From Dehalococcoidia bacterium (GTDB taxonomy: Bacteria > Chloroflexota > Dehalococcoidia > SM23-28-2 > HRBIN24), in the NCBI GenBank assembly GCA_034435615.1, contig DAOTWZ010000032.1, positions 24-64,023 of the forward strand: 64,000 bases of DNA, read 5' to 3'. Positions 40,896-50,291 of this stretch are shown one piece after another. The stretch's first letter is position 1. Every line of letters begins with the position of its first letter. The notes under the pieces are model-generated. The model had not been told where the DNA came from and ran no database searches. It saw only the letters and a list, made by a program, of their open reading frames with translations. Position numbers and translations under genes: made by a program.

Positions 40896-43337
40896 CTATC
40901 GGGCCAGGTGGACGGGGTCTATGTCGACCGTCCAGCCCTGGGGGAGGGAGAGGCCCCGCAACAGCTCGTCCGGCTGGTGGCCCTTGAGGGTGACGTGCCA
41001 GCGGTAGCGGCCCCGCAGGCGGTGGGGATGGGCAGGGGCGGGGCCCAGCACCTCCAGGGCAGTGAGGCCCCGCGCATCCCTCTCCCGTCTCAGGGCGGCG
41101 GCCAGCCGCAGCGCCTCCAACCTGGCCCGCTCCTCCCGGGGGTGGACGTAGGTGAGGCGGGCCAGCCGGCCGAAGGGGGGGTAGCGCAACCGCTGCCGCA
41201 GCGCCACCTCGCTCTCGTAAAAGGAGCGGTAATCGTGGCGGGCGGCGGCGACGATGGCCGGGTGGCCGGGCGAATAGGTCTGGACGATGACGCGTCCCCC
41301 CCGGGGCCCACGGCCAGCCCGCCCCGCCACCTGCTCCAGTAGCTGGAAGGTGCGCTCGCTGCTGCGGAAGTCCGGCAGATGGAGGCCGATGTCGGCCAGC
41401 ACCACCCCCGTCAGCGTGACCAGGGGCATGTGCAGCCCTTTGGCCAGCATCTGCGTGCCGATGAGGACGTCCGCCTGGTGAGAGGCGAAGGTCTCCATCA
41501 CCCGCTGGTGGGCCCGCTGGGAGCGGGCCACGTCACGGTCCCAACGTAGGGTGCGTACGCCGGGGAAGAGGCGTCGCACCTCCTCCTCCACCCGCTGCGT
41601 CCCCACGCCCAGCGGCCGCAGCTCGGAGGCGTCGCAGGAGGGACAGGACGCGGGCACCCGTCGCCGGCGGTTGCAGTGATGGCACTGGAGCTGCCCCTCC
41701 TGGCCGTGGTAGGTATAGGCCAGCCCGCAGCCCGGGCAGGAGGGGACGTGCCCGCACACCCGGCACTGCAGCAGGGAGGCGGTGCCCCTCCGGTTCAGGA
41801 AGAGGACCATCTGCTCACCGTTGGCCAGGGCGGTCGCCATCTCCTCCAGCAGGCGGCGGCTGAAGATACCCCGATTGCCCTGCCTCAGCTCCTGGCGCAT
41901 GTCCACCACCTCCACCTCCGGCAGAGGGCTGGGGGCCACGCCGCCGTCGCCCGGCCGCAGGCGCTCCGGCAGCTCCAGCAGCCTGTACAGGCCGGCCCGG
42001 GCGAGGTGATAGCTCTCCACAGAGGGGGTAGCGCTGCCCAGCAGGAGGACGGCCCCGGTGAGCCGGCACAGCTCCTCCGCCACGCGGCGGGCGTGATAGC
42101 GGGGGGCGGCCTCGTCCTGCTTGTAGGTCCACTCGTGCTCCTCGTCTATGATGACCAGCCCCAGGTCCGGCTGGGGGGCGAAGATGGCGCTGCGGGCGCC
42201 GATGACCACGCCGTAGCGCCCCTCCCGCACCCGGAGCCAGGTGTCGTAGTGCTCGCCCGGGGAGAGGCCGCTGTGGAGCACCGTCACCTGGCCGGGGAAG
42301 CGCTCGGCGAAGCGGTGCACTGTCTGGGGCGTCAGAGCGATCTCCGGCACCAGGACGATGGCCCGCCTCCCCCGGGCCAGGGCCTCCTGGAGGACGCGCA
42401 GGTAGACCTCCGTCTTGCCGCTGCCGGTGACGCCGTGGAGGAGGAAGAAGGCGGGCCCGCCCCCTGTCGCCAGGGCCTCCACGACGGTGGCGGCGGCCGC
42501 CTCCTGTGCAGGGGTGAGGACGGGGGCTGGCCGCGGGGCGGGGGCCAGGCCAGCCAGGGGGTCTCGCATCTGGGGCACCTGCTCCAGGGCGGCCCAGCCT
42601 CTCTCCAGGAGACGTTCCAGGTGCCTCCTGGAGAGCCCCAACTGCCGCAGCCTGGCCAGGGGCAGGGCTGGCCCCTCACGTGCCAGGGCCCGCAGGAGGC
42701 CAGCCAGCCGCCCCTGTCGCTCCGCCAGGGAGGCAGCCAGCGCCTCCGCCTCCTCCGGTGACAGCAGGAGTCTGAGGTAGGGGGCCAGCCTGGGGCGGGC
42801 GCGCGGGGCGCCCAGGGCGTATTCCCGCTGCAAGAGGCCGCGGCGAACCAGAGAGGCCACGACGCTGGCCAGGGGTAGCGAGGGGAAGGCCCGCTCCAGG
42901 GCGGAGGTGCTCACCTGACCACGGGCGACCACATAGGACAGCACCCTTCGCTGGCCCTCCGTAAGGGAGAGGGAGTCCACGAGCTGGGCGCCCGCCGCGG
43001 CCCGCAGGTAGGTGAGGGGGCGCTGACGGAGCCCGGGCGGGAGCATCAGGGCCACGCAGTCGAAGAGGGGGGCCAGGTAATAAAAGGAAAGCCAGCGGGC
43101 GAGGGCGATCTGATGGGGCAGCAGGGGCGGGACGTCCCGGGCCACAGCGTCGATGTCCCGCGCCTCCGGGTAGGCCGGGGACTCCGTCAGCTCCATCACC
43201 ACGCCTTGGAGCAGCCGCTGGCCGAAGGGGACGTAGACCGTCTGCCCGGGGGCCAGGGACATCCCGTCCGGGACGCGGTAGGTGAAGGTCTGCTGGGCAG
43301 GGATGGGCGAGTTTACCGCTACCTCGGCGAAGGGCAT
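40896..43337 (-). CDS. priA: Primosomal protein N' (replication restart helicase PriA)
   Basis: Walker A GVTGSGKT and DEEH box. Cys-rich zinc region CRVCGHVPSCPGCGLAYTYH...CHHC. 813 aa. Confidence 0.85.
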   Translation of the reverse strand: MPFAEVAVNSPIPAQQTFTYRVPDGMSLAPGQTVYVPFGQRLLQGVVMELTESPAYPEARDIDAVARDVPPLLPHQIALARWLSFYYLAPLFDCVALMLPPGLRQRPLTYLRAAAGAQLVDSLSLTEGQRRVLSYVVARGQVSTSALERAFPSLPLASVVASLVRRGLLQREYALGAPRARPRLAPYLRLLLSPEEAEALAASLAERQGRLAGLLRALAREGPALPLARLRQLGLSRRHLERLLERGWAALEQVPQMRDPLAGLAPAPRPAPVLTPAQEAAAATVVEALATGGGPAFFLLHGVTGSGKTEVYLRVLQEALARGRRAIVLVPEIALTPQTVHRFAERFPGQVTVLHSGLSPGEHYDTWLRVREGRYGVVIGARSAIFAPQPDLGLVIIDEEHEWTYKQDEAAPRYHARRVAEELCRLTGAVLLLGSATPSVESYHLARAGLYRLLELPERLRPGDGGVAPSPLPEVEVVDMRQELRQGNRGIFSRRLLEEMATALANGEQMVLFLNRRGTASLLQCRVCGHVPSCPGCGLAYTYHGQEGQLQCHHCNRRRRVPASCPSCDASELRPLGVGTQRVEEEVRRLFPGVRTLRWDRDVARSQRAHQRVMETFASHQADVLIGTQMLAKGLHMPLVTLTGVVLADIGLHLPDFRSSERTFQLLEQVAGRAGRGPRGGRVIVQTYSPGHPAIVAAARHDYRSFYESEVALRQRLRYPPFGRLARLTYVHPREERARLEALRLAAALRRERDARGLTALEVLGPAPAHPHRLRGRYRWHVTLKGHQPDELLRGLSLPQGWTVDIDPVHLAR

Positions 43338-43431
43338 CGTGCGGGGCGGCGCCGGCGCTCTCCTCTACCCTGGCGCTGCCCTCTCTCCTCCCTCGACGGT
43401 GGGCAGGGGCCTGGCCCGGTGACGGCCCTGG

Positions 43432-43809
43432 CTACCCCTGGCGAGGGCCCTGGCCACGAGCGGGGGGCCGTCTCTCCTTGACGCGGGCCGCCCGCCCGAT
43501 GCGCGTCCGCAGGTAGTAGAGGCGGGCTCGCCTCACCTTCCCCTGGCGGACCACCTCCACCTTCTGGACCATGGGGGAATAGAAAGGGAAGGTGCGCTCC
43601 ACCCCCACGCCGTGGGTAACGCGGCGGACGGTGAAGGTGGAGTTGAGGCCACCGCCGCGGACGCGCAGCACCACGCCCTCGAAGACCTGGGTGCGCTCGC
43701 GGTCTCCCTCCACCACCTTCAGATGGACGCGGACGGTGTCGCCCGGGCCGAAGGGGGCGATCTCCGGGTTCTCACGGATGCCGAGGACTGGCCGCAGGTC
43801 TATGTCCAT
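43432..43809 (-). CDS. rplS: 50S ribosomal protein L19
   Basis: [14 protein letters not shown]...[24 protein letters not shown] at 43809 gives an N-terminal length matching E. coli L19. The TTG at 43848 would overlap trmD by 26 nt. Confidence 0.8.
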   Translation of the reverse strand: MDIDLRPVLGIRENPEIAPFGPGDTVRVHLKVVEGDRERTQVFEGVVLRVRGGGLNSTFTVRRVTHGVGVERTFPFYSPMVQKVEVVRQGKVRRARLYYLRTRIGRAARVKERRPPARGQGPRQG

Positions 43810-43822
43810 CGCCTCAGTCAGT

Positions 43823-44557
43823 TTAAGACCGCTCCAGGTTCTGGGCAAGCCATTCCCGCTCCTCCGGGCTGAGGGCGGCCCGGGCCAGGAGGTCGGGCCG
43901 GCGGCGGGCGGTCAGGAGGATGCTCTGGCGGCGTCGCCAGCGGGCGATCTCCTGATGGTTGCCGGAGAGGAGGACGTCCGGCACCCGCCAGCCACGGAAC
44001 TCGGCGGGGCGGGTGTAGTGGGGGTACTCCAGCAGGCCCTGAGCGAAGGACTCCTGGTGGGCGGACTCGGGGTCGCCCAGGGCGCCGGGCAGCAGGCGCA
44101 CCACGGCGTCCACCACCACCATGGCCGGGAGCTCACCCCCCGACAGGACGTAATCGCCGATGCTGATCTCGTCGGTGGCCAGGTAGTGGTGGACGCGGGC
44201 ATCGAAGCCCTCGTAGCGGCCGCAGATGAGGAGGAGCCTCTCCTGGCGGGCCAGCTCTTCGGCCACCTGCTGGGAGAAGAGCCGGCCAATGGGGGTGAGG
44301 AGGACTACGGGCCCCCGCCGGACGTCCATGGCCAGGACGGCCTCGGCGGCGGCGAAGATGGGCTCCGGCTTCATGACCATGCCGGGGCCGCCGCCGTAGG
44401 GGTAGTCGTCCACAGTGCGGTGGCGGTCGGTGGCCCAGTCGCGGATGTTGTGGACGTGGATCTCCACCAGGCCGGCCTCCCGCGCCCGCTTGATGATGGA
44501 CTCATCGAAGGGGCCGCGGAACATCTCCGGGAAGATGGTGAGGATGTCTATGCGCAT
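43823..44557 (-). CDS. trmD: tRNA (guanine37-N1)-methyltransferase
   Basis: [14 protein letters not shown]-terminus and SPOUT fold motifs ([18 protein letters not shown]). Confidence 0.85.
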   Translation of the reverse strand: MRIDILTIFPEMFRGPFDESIIKRAREAGLVEIHVHNIRDWATDRHRTVDDYPYGGGPGMVMKPEPIFAAAEAVLAMDVRRGPVVLLTPIGRLFSQQVAEELARQERLLLICGRYEGFDARVHHYLATDEISIGDYVLSGGELPAMVVVDAVVRLLPGALGDPESAHQESFAQGLLEYPHYTRPAEFRGWRVPDVLLSGNHQEIARWRRRQSILLTARRRPDLLARAALSPEEREWLAQNLERS

Positions 44558-44629
44558 GCTCTCCTGCCTCGCCGGGCGGTCCCGCCCCTCCCACGGGGCC
44601 TCCCACTCTTCCCCACCGGGCACCACCCC

Positions 44630-45124
44630 TCAGGCCGTGCGGTGTTGGGAGGGCTCCCCCCGCAGCAGCTCCACGGCGTGGGGGAGCACCGGCAGGAGCA
44701 CCTGCAGGTTCTCCCTCACCCCGCGGGGACTGCCCGGCAGATTGACGATGAGGGTGCGGCCGCGTATGCCGGCCACGGCCCGGCTGAGCATGGCGAGAGG
44801 CGTATGCTTCAGCCCCTCGGCCCGCATGGCCTCGGCCAGGCCGGGGGCCTCGCGGTCGATGACGGCGCGGGTGGCCTCGGGTGTGACGTCCCGGGGGCCG
44901 AAGCCGGTGCCGCCGGTGGTGACTATCAGGTCCAGGCCGTCGGCGTCGGCCCAGGCGCGCAGCCGCTCCTCGATGAGGGAGCGCTCGTCGGGGACGACCT
45001 CGTAGCGCTCCACCGTGGCCTCCAGAGAGGCGAGCATCTCCCGGATGGCGGCGCCGGAGGTGTCCTGGCGCTCGCCGCGGGCGGCCATGTCGGACACGGT
45101 GAGGATCCCCACTCGCAGGACCAT
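44630..45124 (-). CDS. moaB: Molybdenum cofactor biosynthesis protein B (MoaB/MogA family)
   Basis: GILTVSD...GGTGFGPRDVTPEA. 164 aa. Confidence 0.75.
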   Translation of the reverse strand: MVLRVGILTVSDMAARGERQDTSGAAIREMLASLEATVERYEVVPDERSLIEERLRAWADADGLDLIVTTGGTGFGPRDVTPEATRAVIDREAPGLAEAMRAEGLKHTPLAMLSRAVAGIRGRTLIVNLPGSPRGVRENLQVLLPVLPHAVELLRGEPSQHRTA

Positions 45125-45135
45125 GGGCGCTCTCC

Positions 45136-45155
45136 TGTGGAAATTGTGTGGATAA
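45136..45155 (+). promoter_or_regulatory. Tandem TGTGGA-N5-TGTGGA repeat. The second copy, TGTGGATAA, is a perfect DnaA-box 9-mer in reverse orientation.
   Basis: TGTGGAAAT (45136-45144) and TGTGGATAA (45147-45155). A near-identical arrangement occurs upstream of nrdR at 62633-62652. Confidence 0.35.
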
Positions 45156-45194
45156 CCTGCCCGCCGGGCGCCCTCACGGGGCGGTGTGGCCCGG

Positions 45195-45203
45195 TGGTAT
45201 GAT
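45195..45203 (+). promoter_or_regulatory. Extended -10 promoter element (TGgTATGAT) for mraZ and the dcw cluster
   Basis: TG-n-TATGAT at 45195-45203. No good -35, as is usual for extended -10 promoters. Confidence 0.35.
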
Positions 45204-45229
45204 GTGGGAGGAAGTGGGGAGAGGTGGTG
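45204..45229 (+). promoter_or_regulatory. Candidate MraZ operator: three direct GTGGGN repeats at exact 10-bp periodicity
   Basis: GTGGGA (45204), GTGGGG (45214) and GTGGTG (45224), separated by 4-nt spacers, immediately downstream of the -10. This matches the known MraZ binding architecture of direct repeats spaced one helical turn apart. Confidence 0.45.
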
Positions 45230-45336
45230 GCCTCTCCCTGGCTCCCTCGCCCAATCTGTTCAACTCTCGCCGTGGTCAATATACCACGGGCAGGGGGCGG
45301 CAGAAAGGGCACAGCTCGGCAGAGGTGGTAGCAGGT

Positions 45337-45759
45337 TTGGCGTTTCGGGGTACCTATGAGTACTCCATGGACGATAGGGGCCGCGTACCCATACCGGCCC
45401 GCTTCCGCCACCTGTTCACCGATGGCGCCAAGCTGACCCTGAGCCCCGACGGCTGCGTGGAGGTCTGGACCAACGAGGGGTTCGAGAGGATGGAGGAGCG
45501 AGTGACGGCGGAGCCAGCCACCACCCTGAAGGGGCGGCGGCTGCGCCGTGGCTTCTCCGTCCGCTCCTGGGACGTGGAGCTGGACCGCCAGGGCAGGGTC
45601 CTGATCCCTCAGTACCTGCGGGAGAAGGCGGGGCTGGACGGCACGGTGATCATCGCCGGGCGCATCGAGTGTCTGGAGATCTGGAACCAGAGGCGGTGGG
45701 AGGAGGAGATGGAGCAGGTGGAGGCCACCTACCGTGAGGAGCTGGAGTCCCTGAGGTGA
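45337..45759 (+). CDS. mraZ: Transcriptional regulator MraZ
   Basis: Two DXXXR-type repeats (DDRGRVPIPARFR and DRQGRVLIPQYLR). TTG at 45337 is preceded by GAGGTGG. GTG at 45325 is an alternative start. Confidence 0.75.
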   Translation: MAFRGTYEYSMDDRGRVPIPARFRHLFTDGAKLTLSPDGCVEVWTNEGFERMEERVTAEPATTLKGRRLRRGFSVRSWDVELDRQGRVLIPQYLREKAGLDGTVIIAGRIECLEIWNQRRWEEEMEQVEATYREELESLR

Positions 45760-45774
45760 TGCGGGGAGGCAACG

Positions 45775-46719
45775 ATGTTGGTGAGAGAGATCGCCCCTGA
45801 GACGACACTGCACACGCCGGTGATGGTGGAGGAGGTCCTCCACTACCTGGACGTCCTGCCCGGCGGCCGTTACGTGGACTGCACGGTGGGCACCGGCGGC
45901 CACGCCGAGACCGTCCTGGAGATGGCCTCTCCCGGCGGGCTGCTCCTGGGCCTGGACGTGGACGCCCAGGCCCTGGCCCTGGCCGGAAAGCGCCTGGAGC
46001 GCTTCTGGCCCGATGTGCGGCTGGTGGAGGCCAACTACCGCGACCTGGCGGCCGTCTGCCGGGAGTACAGCTTCATACCCGTCCACGGCGTCCTCTTCGA
46101 CCTGGGCCTCTCCTCCCTCCAGCTCGCCCAGGCCGAGCGCGGCTTCAGCTTCCAGCGGGAGGGGCCGCTGGACATGCGCTTCGATCAGGAGCAGGAGCTG
46201 ACCGCCTTCGATATCGTCAACCACTGCTCGGAGGTGGAGCTGGCCCGCATCATCTGGCAGTATGGCGAGGAACGGCAGAGCCGTCGCATCGCCCGTGCCA
46301 TCGTGCGGGCGCGGCCCATCCACACCACGCGGGAGCTGGCGGAGGTGGTGTCCCGGGCCGTGCGGGCGCCCGGCCACCGCCTGCATCCCGCCACCAGGAC
46401 CTTCCAGGCGTTGCGCATAGCCGTCAACCGGGAGCTGGAGAACCTGGAGATGGCCCTGGCCCAGGCGGTGCAGGTGCTGGGCCGCGGCGGCCGGCTGGTG
46501 GTCATCTCCTACCACTCCCTGGAGGACCGCATCGTCAAACAGTTCCTGCAGCGGGAGAGCCAGGACTGCATCTGCCCGCCGGACCTGCCCAAGTGCCTGT
46601 GCGGGCACCGGGCCACCCTCCGGCCCCTCACCCGCTCGCCCGTGCGGCCCTCCGAAGGCGAGGTCCGCAGGAACCCGCGCTCCCGCAGCGCCCTCCTGCG
46701 GGCGGCCGAGAAGCTGTAA
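45775..46719 (+). CDS. rsmH: 16S rRNA (cytosine1402-N4)-methyltransferase RsmH (MraW)
   Basis: HTPVM...VDCTVGTGGH SAM-binding motif. 314 aa. Confidence 0.85.
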   Translation: MLVREIAPETTLHTPVMVEEVLHYLDVLPGGRYVDCTVGTGGHAETVLEMASPGGLLLGLDVDAQALALAGKRLERFWPDVRLVEANYRDLAAVCREYSFIPVHGVLFDLGLSSLQLAQAERGFSFQREGPLDMRFDQEQELTAFDIVNHCSEVELARIIWQYGEERQSRRIARAIVRARPIHTTRELAEVVSRAVRAPGHRLHPATRTFQALRIAVNRELENLEMALAQAVQVLGRGGRLVVISYHSLEDRIVKQFLQRESQDCICPPDLPKCLCGHRATLRPLTRSPVRPSEGEVRRNPRSRSALLRAAEKL

Positions 46720-46731
46720 GGACAGGACGAG

Positions 46732-47175
46732 ATGGCCGCCGTTCGTCCCCGCGTCAGCCTCCGCCCCTCCACCTGGCCTTTGCCCTGGCTGGGGCTGCCC
46801 CTGGTCATCGTCCTCTCGTCCCTGGCCGTGGGGCTGGCGGCCCTCCTGCCCCTCACCCAGTACGGGAGCGCCGCCACCACCAGCGCCTCCCTGGACCAGC
46901 TGGAGCGAGACCGCAGCGCCTGGCAGGCGCGTGTGGACGAACTGGAAGCGGAGGTGGCCCGCCTCTCTTCCCTGGACCGTATAGAGCGAGAGGCGCGTGA
47001 GCGCCTGGGGATGGTCCCGCCAGAGGAGGTGGTCTACATAGAGGTGCCCGTGGCCCGCCCCGAGGGCCCCAAGGTACCCGACCGTTACCTCGAACGCCCC
47101 GCCCGAGCGGAGGGGGAGGTCGGCGCGGACAGCGCCTGGTGGGAGAAGCTCTTGGGCTGGCTGCCCCTGCCCTAA
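46732..47175 (+). CDS. ftsL: Cell division protein FtsL-like (bitopic septum formation initiator)
   Basis: Single TM (LPLVIVLSSLAVGLAALL), then a coiled-coil region (LERDRSAWQARVDELEAEVARL). Sits between rsmH and ftsI. Confidence 0.6.
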   Translation: MAAVRPRVSLRPSTWPLPWLGLPLVIVLSSLAVGLAALLPLTQYGSAATTSASLDQLERDRSAWQARVDELEAEVARLSSLDRIEREARERLGMVPPEEVVYIEVPVARPEGPKVPDRYLERPARAEGEVGADSAWWEKLLGWLPLP

Positions 47176-47184
47176 GAGGGCCCC

Positions 47185-48909
47185 ATGGCCGGCGGGAAGT
47201 TCTCTTGGCGGCTGTGGGCCCTGGCCATCGGCATGGGCCTCGGTTTCCTGGTGCTGACCGGGCGGCTGGCCCAGCTCCAGATCATCGAACATGAGACCTA
47301 CGCCCAGCGGGCGCGCCTCACTCGCCTCCACGACGAGAAGACGATAGGCCACCGGGGGGCCATTCTGGACGCCAACGGCCACCCCCTGGCCATGAGCGTC
47401 CAGGCCTACAACGTCCTGGTAGAACGACGCGCCTGGCAGGACACTCAGAAGGCCCTGGAGGCGGCCCGCCAACTGGCCGCCATCACCGGCGGCTCCCCGG
47501 AGGAGATGGTGCGCACCGTCCAGGGGACGGAGCTCTTCGAGACCAAGGTGGCCCAGTACATCAGCTTCGAGCAGGCGCAGCAGGTCCGCCGCCTGGGGCT
47601 GCCCGGCGTGCGGGTGGAGGCGGACAGCCGGCGCATCTATCCCGAGGGGAGCCTGGCCGCCCAGCTCATCGGCGTCATCGGCCGGGACAAGGTGGGGCTG
47701 GCCGGCCTGGAGGCTGACCTCAACTCCATCCTCCAGGGCCAGCCTGGGGAGACGGTGGTGGAGCGGGACGCCCTGGGGCAGGACCTCTTCTGGGCCCAGT
47801 GGCAGCAGGTGCCGCCCCAGCCGGGGTCGGATGTCGTCCTTACCATAGACCGCTACCTGCAGCGAGTGGCGGAACAGGCCCTGGAGGAGGCGGTGAAGGC
47901 CAACCGGGCGGCCGGAGGGACCGTCATAGTGGTGGAGGTCAAGACGGGGGCCATCCTGGCTATGGCCAGCCGCCCCACCTTCGACCTGACCAACCCCGAC
48001 TTCAGCGACCCCGCCAAGATAGGGCTCTTCCGCAACCCGGCCATAACGGACACCTACGAGCCGGGCTCCGTCTTCAAGCTCATCACCACCGCCGCCGCCC
48101 TGGACAGCGGCGTCGCCCGGCCGGACACCGTCTGGTACGACTCGGGCGTCGTCCAGATCGGAGGGTGGCAGATCCGCAACTGGGACTTCAGCGCCAACGG
48201 CCCCCAGACCGTCACCCAGATGCTCACCAAGAGCCTCAACACCGGCTCCGTCTGGCTGGCCCAGCAGCTAGGGCCCCAGCGCTTCTACGACTACGTGCGA
48301 CGCTTCGGCTTCGGCGAGCCGACAGGGATCGACCTGAGCGGCGAAGTGGCAGGCCAGGTACGGGGGCCCAACGACCCCTCCTGGTACCCGGTAGACCTGG
48401 CCACCAACTCCTTCGGCCAGGGGATCAGCGTCACCCCCCTGCAGATGGCCATGGCCCTGGCCGCCATCGCCAACGACGGCAAGCTCATGAGACCCTACGT
48501 GGTGAGGGCGGTGACGGGCCCCGATGGCGTCCGGGAGACGCAGCCCCAGGCGGTGCGTCAGGTCATCTCCCCGGAGGCCGCCCGTACCCTCCTCCAGATG
48601 ATGGGAGAGGTGGCAGCCAAGATCTCCCCCTCTCTCCTGAGCGTGCCCGGTTACCGCGTGGGCGGGAAGACGGGGACGGCCAACGTGGCCACCGTGGGAG
48701 GCGGCTACAAGCCCGGCGCCTACATCTCCTCCTTCGCTGGCGTGGTGCCCCTGGAGGACCCCCAACTGGCCATCCTGGTGAAGATCGACGAGCCCAAGGG
48801 TGCCCCCTGGGGCACGGTGGTGGCAGCGCCCGTCTTCGGCAAGATCGCCCAGCAGGCCATGGCTTACTACAAGGTCCCCCCCAGCACCGGGCTGGTGGTA
48901 AGGCGTTAA
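47185..48909 (+). CDS. ftsI: Penicillin-binding protein (class B transpeptidase, FtsI-like)
   Basis: N-terminal TM, PBP dimerisation domain, and transpeptidase motifs SVFK, SLN and KTGT. Confidence 0.85.
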   Translation: MAGGKFSWRLWALAIGMGLGFLVLTGRLAQLQIIEHETYAQRARLTRLHDEKTIGHRGAILDANGHPLAMSVQAYNVLVERRAWQDTQKALEAARQLAAITGGSPEEMVRTVQGTELFETKVAQYISFEQAQQVRRLGLPGVRVEADSRRIYPEGSLAAQLIGVIGRDKVGLAGLEADLNSILQGQPGETVVERDALGQDLFWAQWQQVPPQPGSDVVLTIDRYLQRVAEQALEEAVKANRAAGGTVIVVEVKTGAILAMASRPTFDLTNPDFSDPAKIGLFRNPAITDTYEPGSVFKLITTAAALDSGVARPDTVWYDSGVVQIGGWQIRNWDFSANGPQTVTQMLTKSLNTGSVWLAQQLGPQRFYDYVRRFGFGEPTGIDLSGEVAGQVRGPNDPSWYPVDLATNSFGQGISVTPLQMAMALAAIANDGKLMRPYVVRAVTGPDGVRETQPQAVRQVISPEAARTLLQMMGEVAAKISPSLLSVPGYRVGGKTGTANVATVGGGYKPGAYISSFAGVVPLEDPQLAILVKIDEPKGAPWGTVVAAPVFGKIAQQAMAYYKVPPSTGLVVRR

Positions 48910-48914
48910 GTAAG

Positions 48915-50291
48915 ATGGAGATGCTGACCCTCCAGCAGGTCACCCGCTACCTCGAGCCCGTCCTGGTGGCCCGCAGCGCCGCCCGGATAGAAGACCTGAC
49001 CTTCACAGGCGTGGCCATCGACTCGCGGCGCGTCTCCCCGGGCGAGCTCTTCCTCGCCCTGCCGGGCGAGAGGCACGACGGCCACCAGTTCCTGGCCGAG
49101 GCGGTGTCCCGCGGCGCCCGCGGCCTGGTGGTCTCCCGACCAGTGGTCGAGCCGTACCGCGACGTCGTCACCTTTCAGGTGAGCGATACGCTGCAGGCGT
49201 TGCAGCGGTTGGGCGCGGGATGTCTGGCCGACCACCCGGGCCTGCAGGTGATAGGGGTCACGGGCAGCGTGGGCAAGACCACCTGCAAGGAGCTGATAGC
49301 GTCCGTCCTCTCCGCCCGCTATCGCGTCCTGAAGAGCACCGGGAACCTGAACACGGAGATCGGTCTCCCCCTATCCCTGGCCGGCCTGGAGGCGGGGCAC
49401 CAGGCGGCCGTCCTGGAGATGGGGATGACGGCGCGGGGGGACATCGCCCTCCTGTGTCGCATCGCCCCTCCCTGTATAGGGGTGGTCACCTCCATAGCGC
49501 CCGTGCACCTGGAGCGGCTGGGTTCGCTGGGGGCCATCGCCGCTGCCAAGGGGGAGCTTCTGGAGGCGCTCCCTCCGGACGGCGTGGCCATAGTCAACGG
49601 CGACAGCCCTTGGGCCCACCGCCTGGCCGCCCGCACGCGGGCGCGCGTCGTCTTCTACGGCCTCTCCCCCCAGTGTCAGGTGCGAGGGGAGGGGCTGGAG
49701 AGCCATGGCCTGGACGGCATCTCCTTCTACCTGTGCGCCCGGGGCGAGCGAGTGCCCGTGCGCTCCCCCATGCCGGGGCGTCACAACCTGCACAATCTGC
49801 TGGCGGCCGCCGCCGTCGCCCTGGAGATGGGGATGACGCTGGAGGAGGTGGCCTCGGCCCTCGCCTGCGCCCGCACCGACCTCCGCCTGCGAGTGGTGGA
49901 GGGGCCGCGGGGAAGCACCATCATCGACGATTCCTACAACGCCAGCCCCCCCTCCGTCCTGGCGGCCCTGGACCTGCTGGGGGAGCTGCCCGGCCGCCGT
50001 CTGGCCCTCCTGGGCGATATGCGGGAGCTGGGCCCGGCCGACGAGGAGGGCCACCGTCAGGTGGGGGTCCGGGCAGCCGCCACTACGGACGTTCTCCTCC
50101 TGGTGGGGGAGCGGGCGCCGCTCATGGCGGAGGCGGCCCGGGAGGCCGGACACCGGGACGTGCGGGTGCTGCTGGACAAGGAGGAGGCGGCGGCCCTCCT
50201 GGCCCGGGAGCTCCAGCCCGGGGACTACCTCCTGGTCAAGGCCTCGCGGGCCCTGGCCCTGGAGACGGTGGTCGAGGCCCTGCGTCCATGA
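48915..50291 (+). CDS. murF: UDP-N-acetylmuramoyl-tripeptide--D-alanyl-D-alanine ligase
   Basis: GVTGSVGKTT Mur ligase P-loop, 458 aa. N-terminal domain (VAIDSRRVSPGELFLALPGERHDGHQF) is MurF-like rather than MurE-like. Confidence 0.8.
   Translation: MEMLTLQQVTRYLEPVLVARSAARIEDLTFTGVAIDSRRVSPGELFLALPGERHDGHQFLAEAVSRGARGLVVSRPVVEPYRDVVTFQVSDTLQALQRLGAGCLADHPGLQVIGVTGSVGKTTCKELIASVLSARYRVLKSTGNLNTEIGLPLSLAGLEAGHQAAVLEMGMTARGDIALLCRIAPPCIGVVTSIAPVHLERLGSLGAIAAAKGELLEALPPDGVAIVNGDSPWAHRLAARTRARVVFYGLSPQCQVRGEGLESHGLDGISFYLCARGERVPVRSPMPGRHNLHNLLAAAAVALEMGMTLEEVASALACARTDLRLRVVEGPRGSTIIDDSYNASPPSVLAALDLLGELPGRRLALLGDMRELGPADEEGHRQVGVRAAATTDVLLLVGERAPLMAEAAREAGHRDVRVLLDKEEAAALLARELQPGDYLLVKASRALALETVVEALRP

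Noticed and set aside
44926-47472. 848-aa minus-strand ORF
   Set aside because: It is antisense to moaB, mraZ, rsmH and ftsL and has no recognisable domains.
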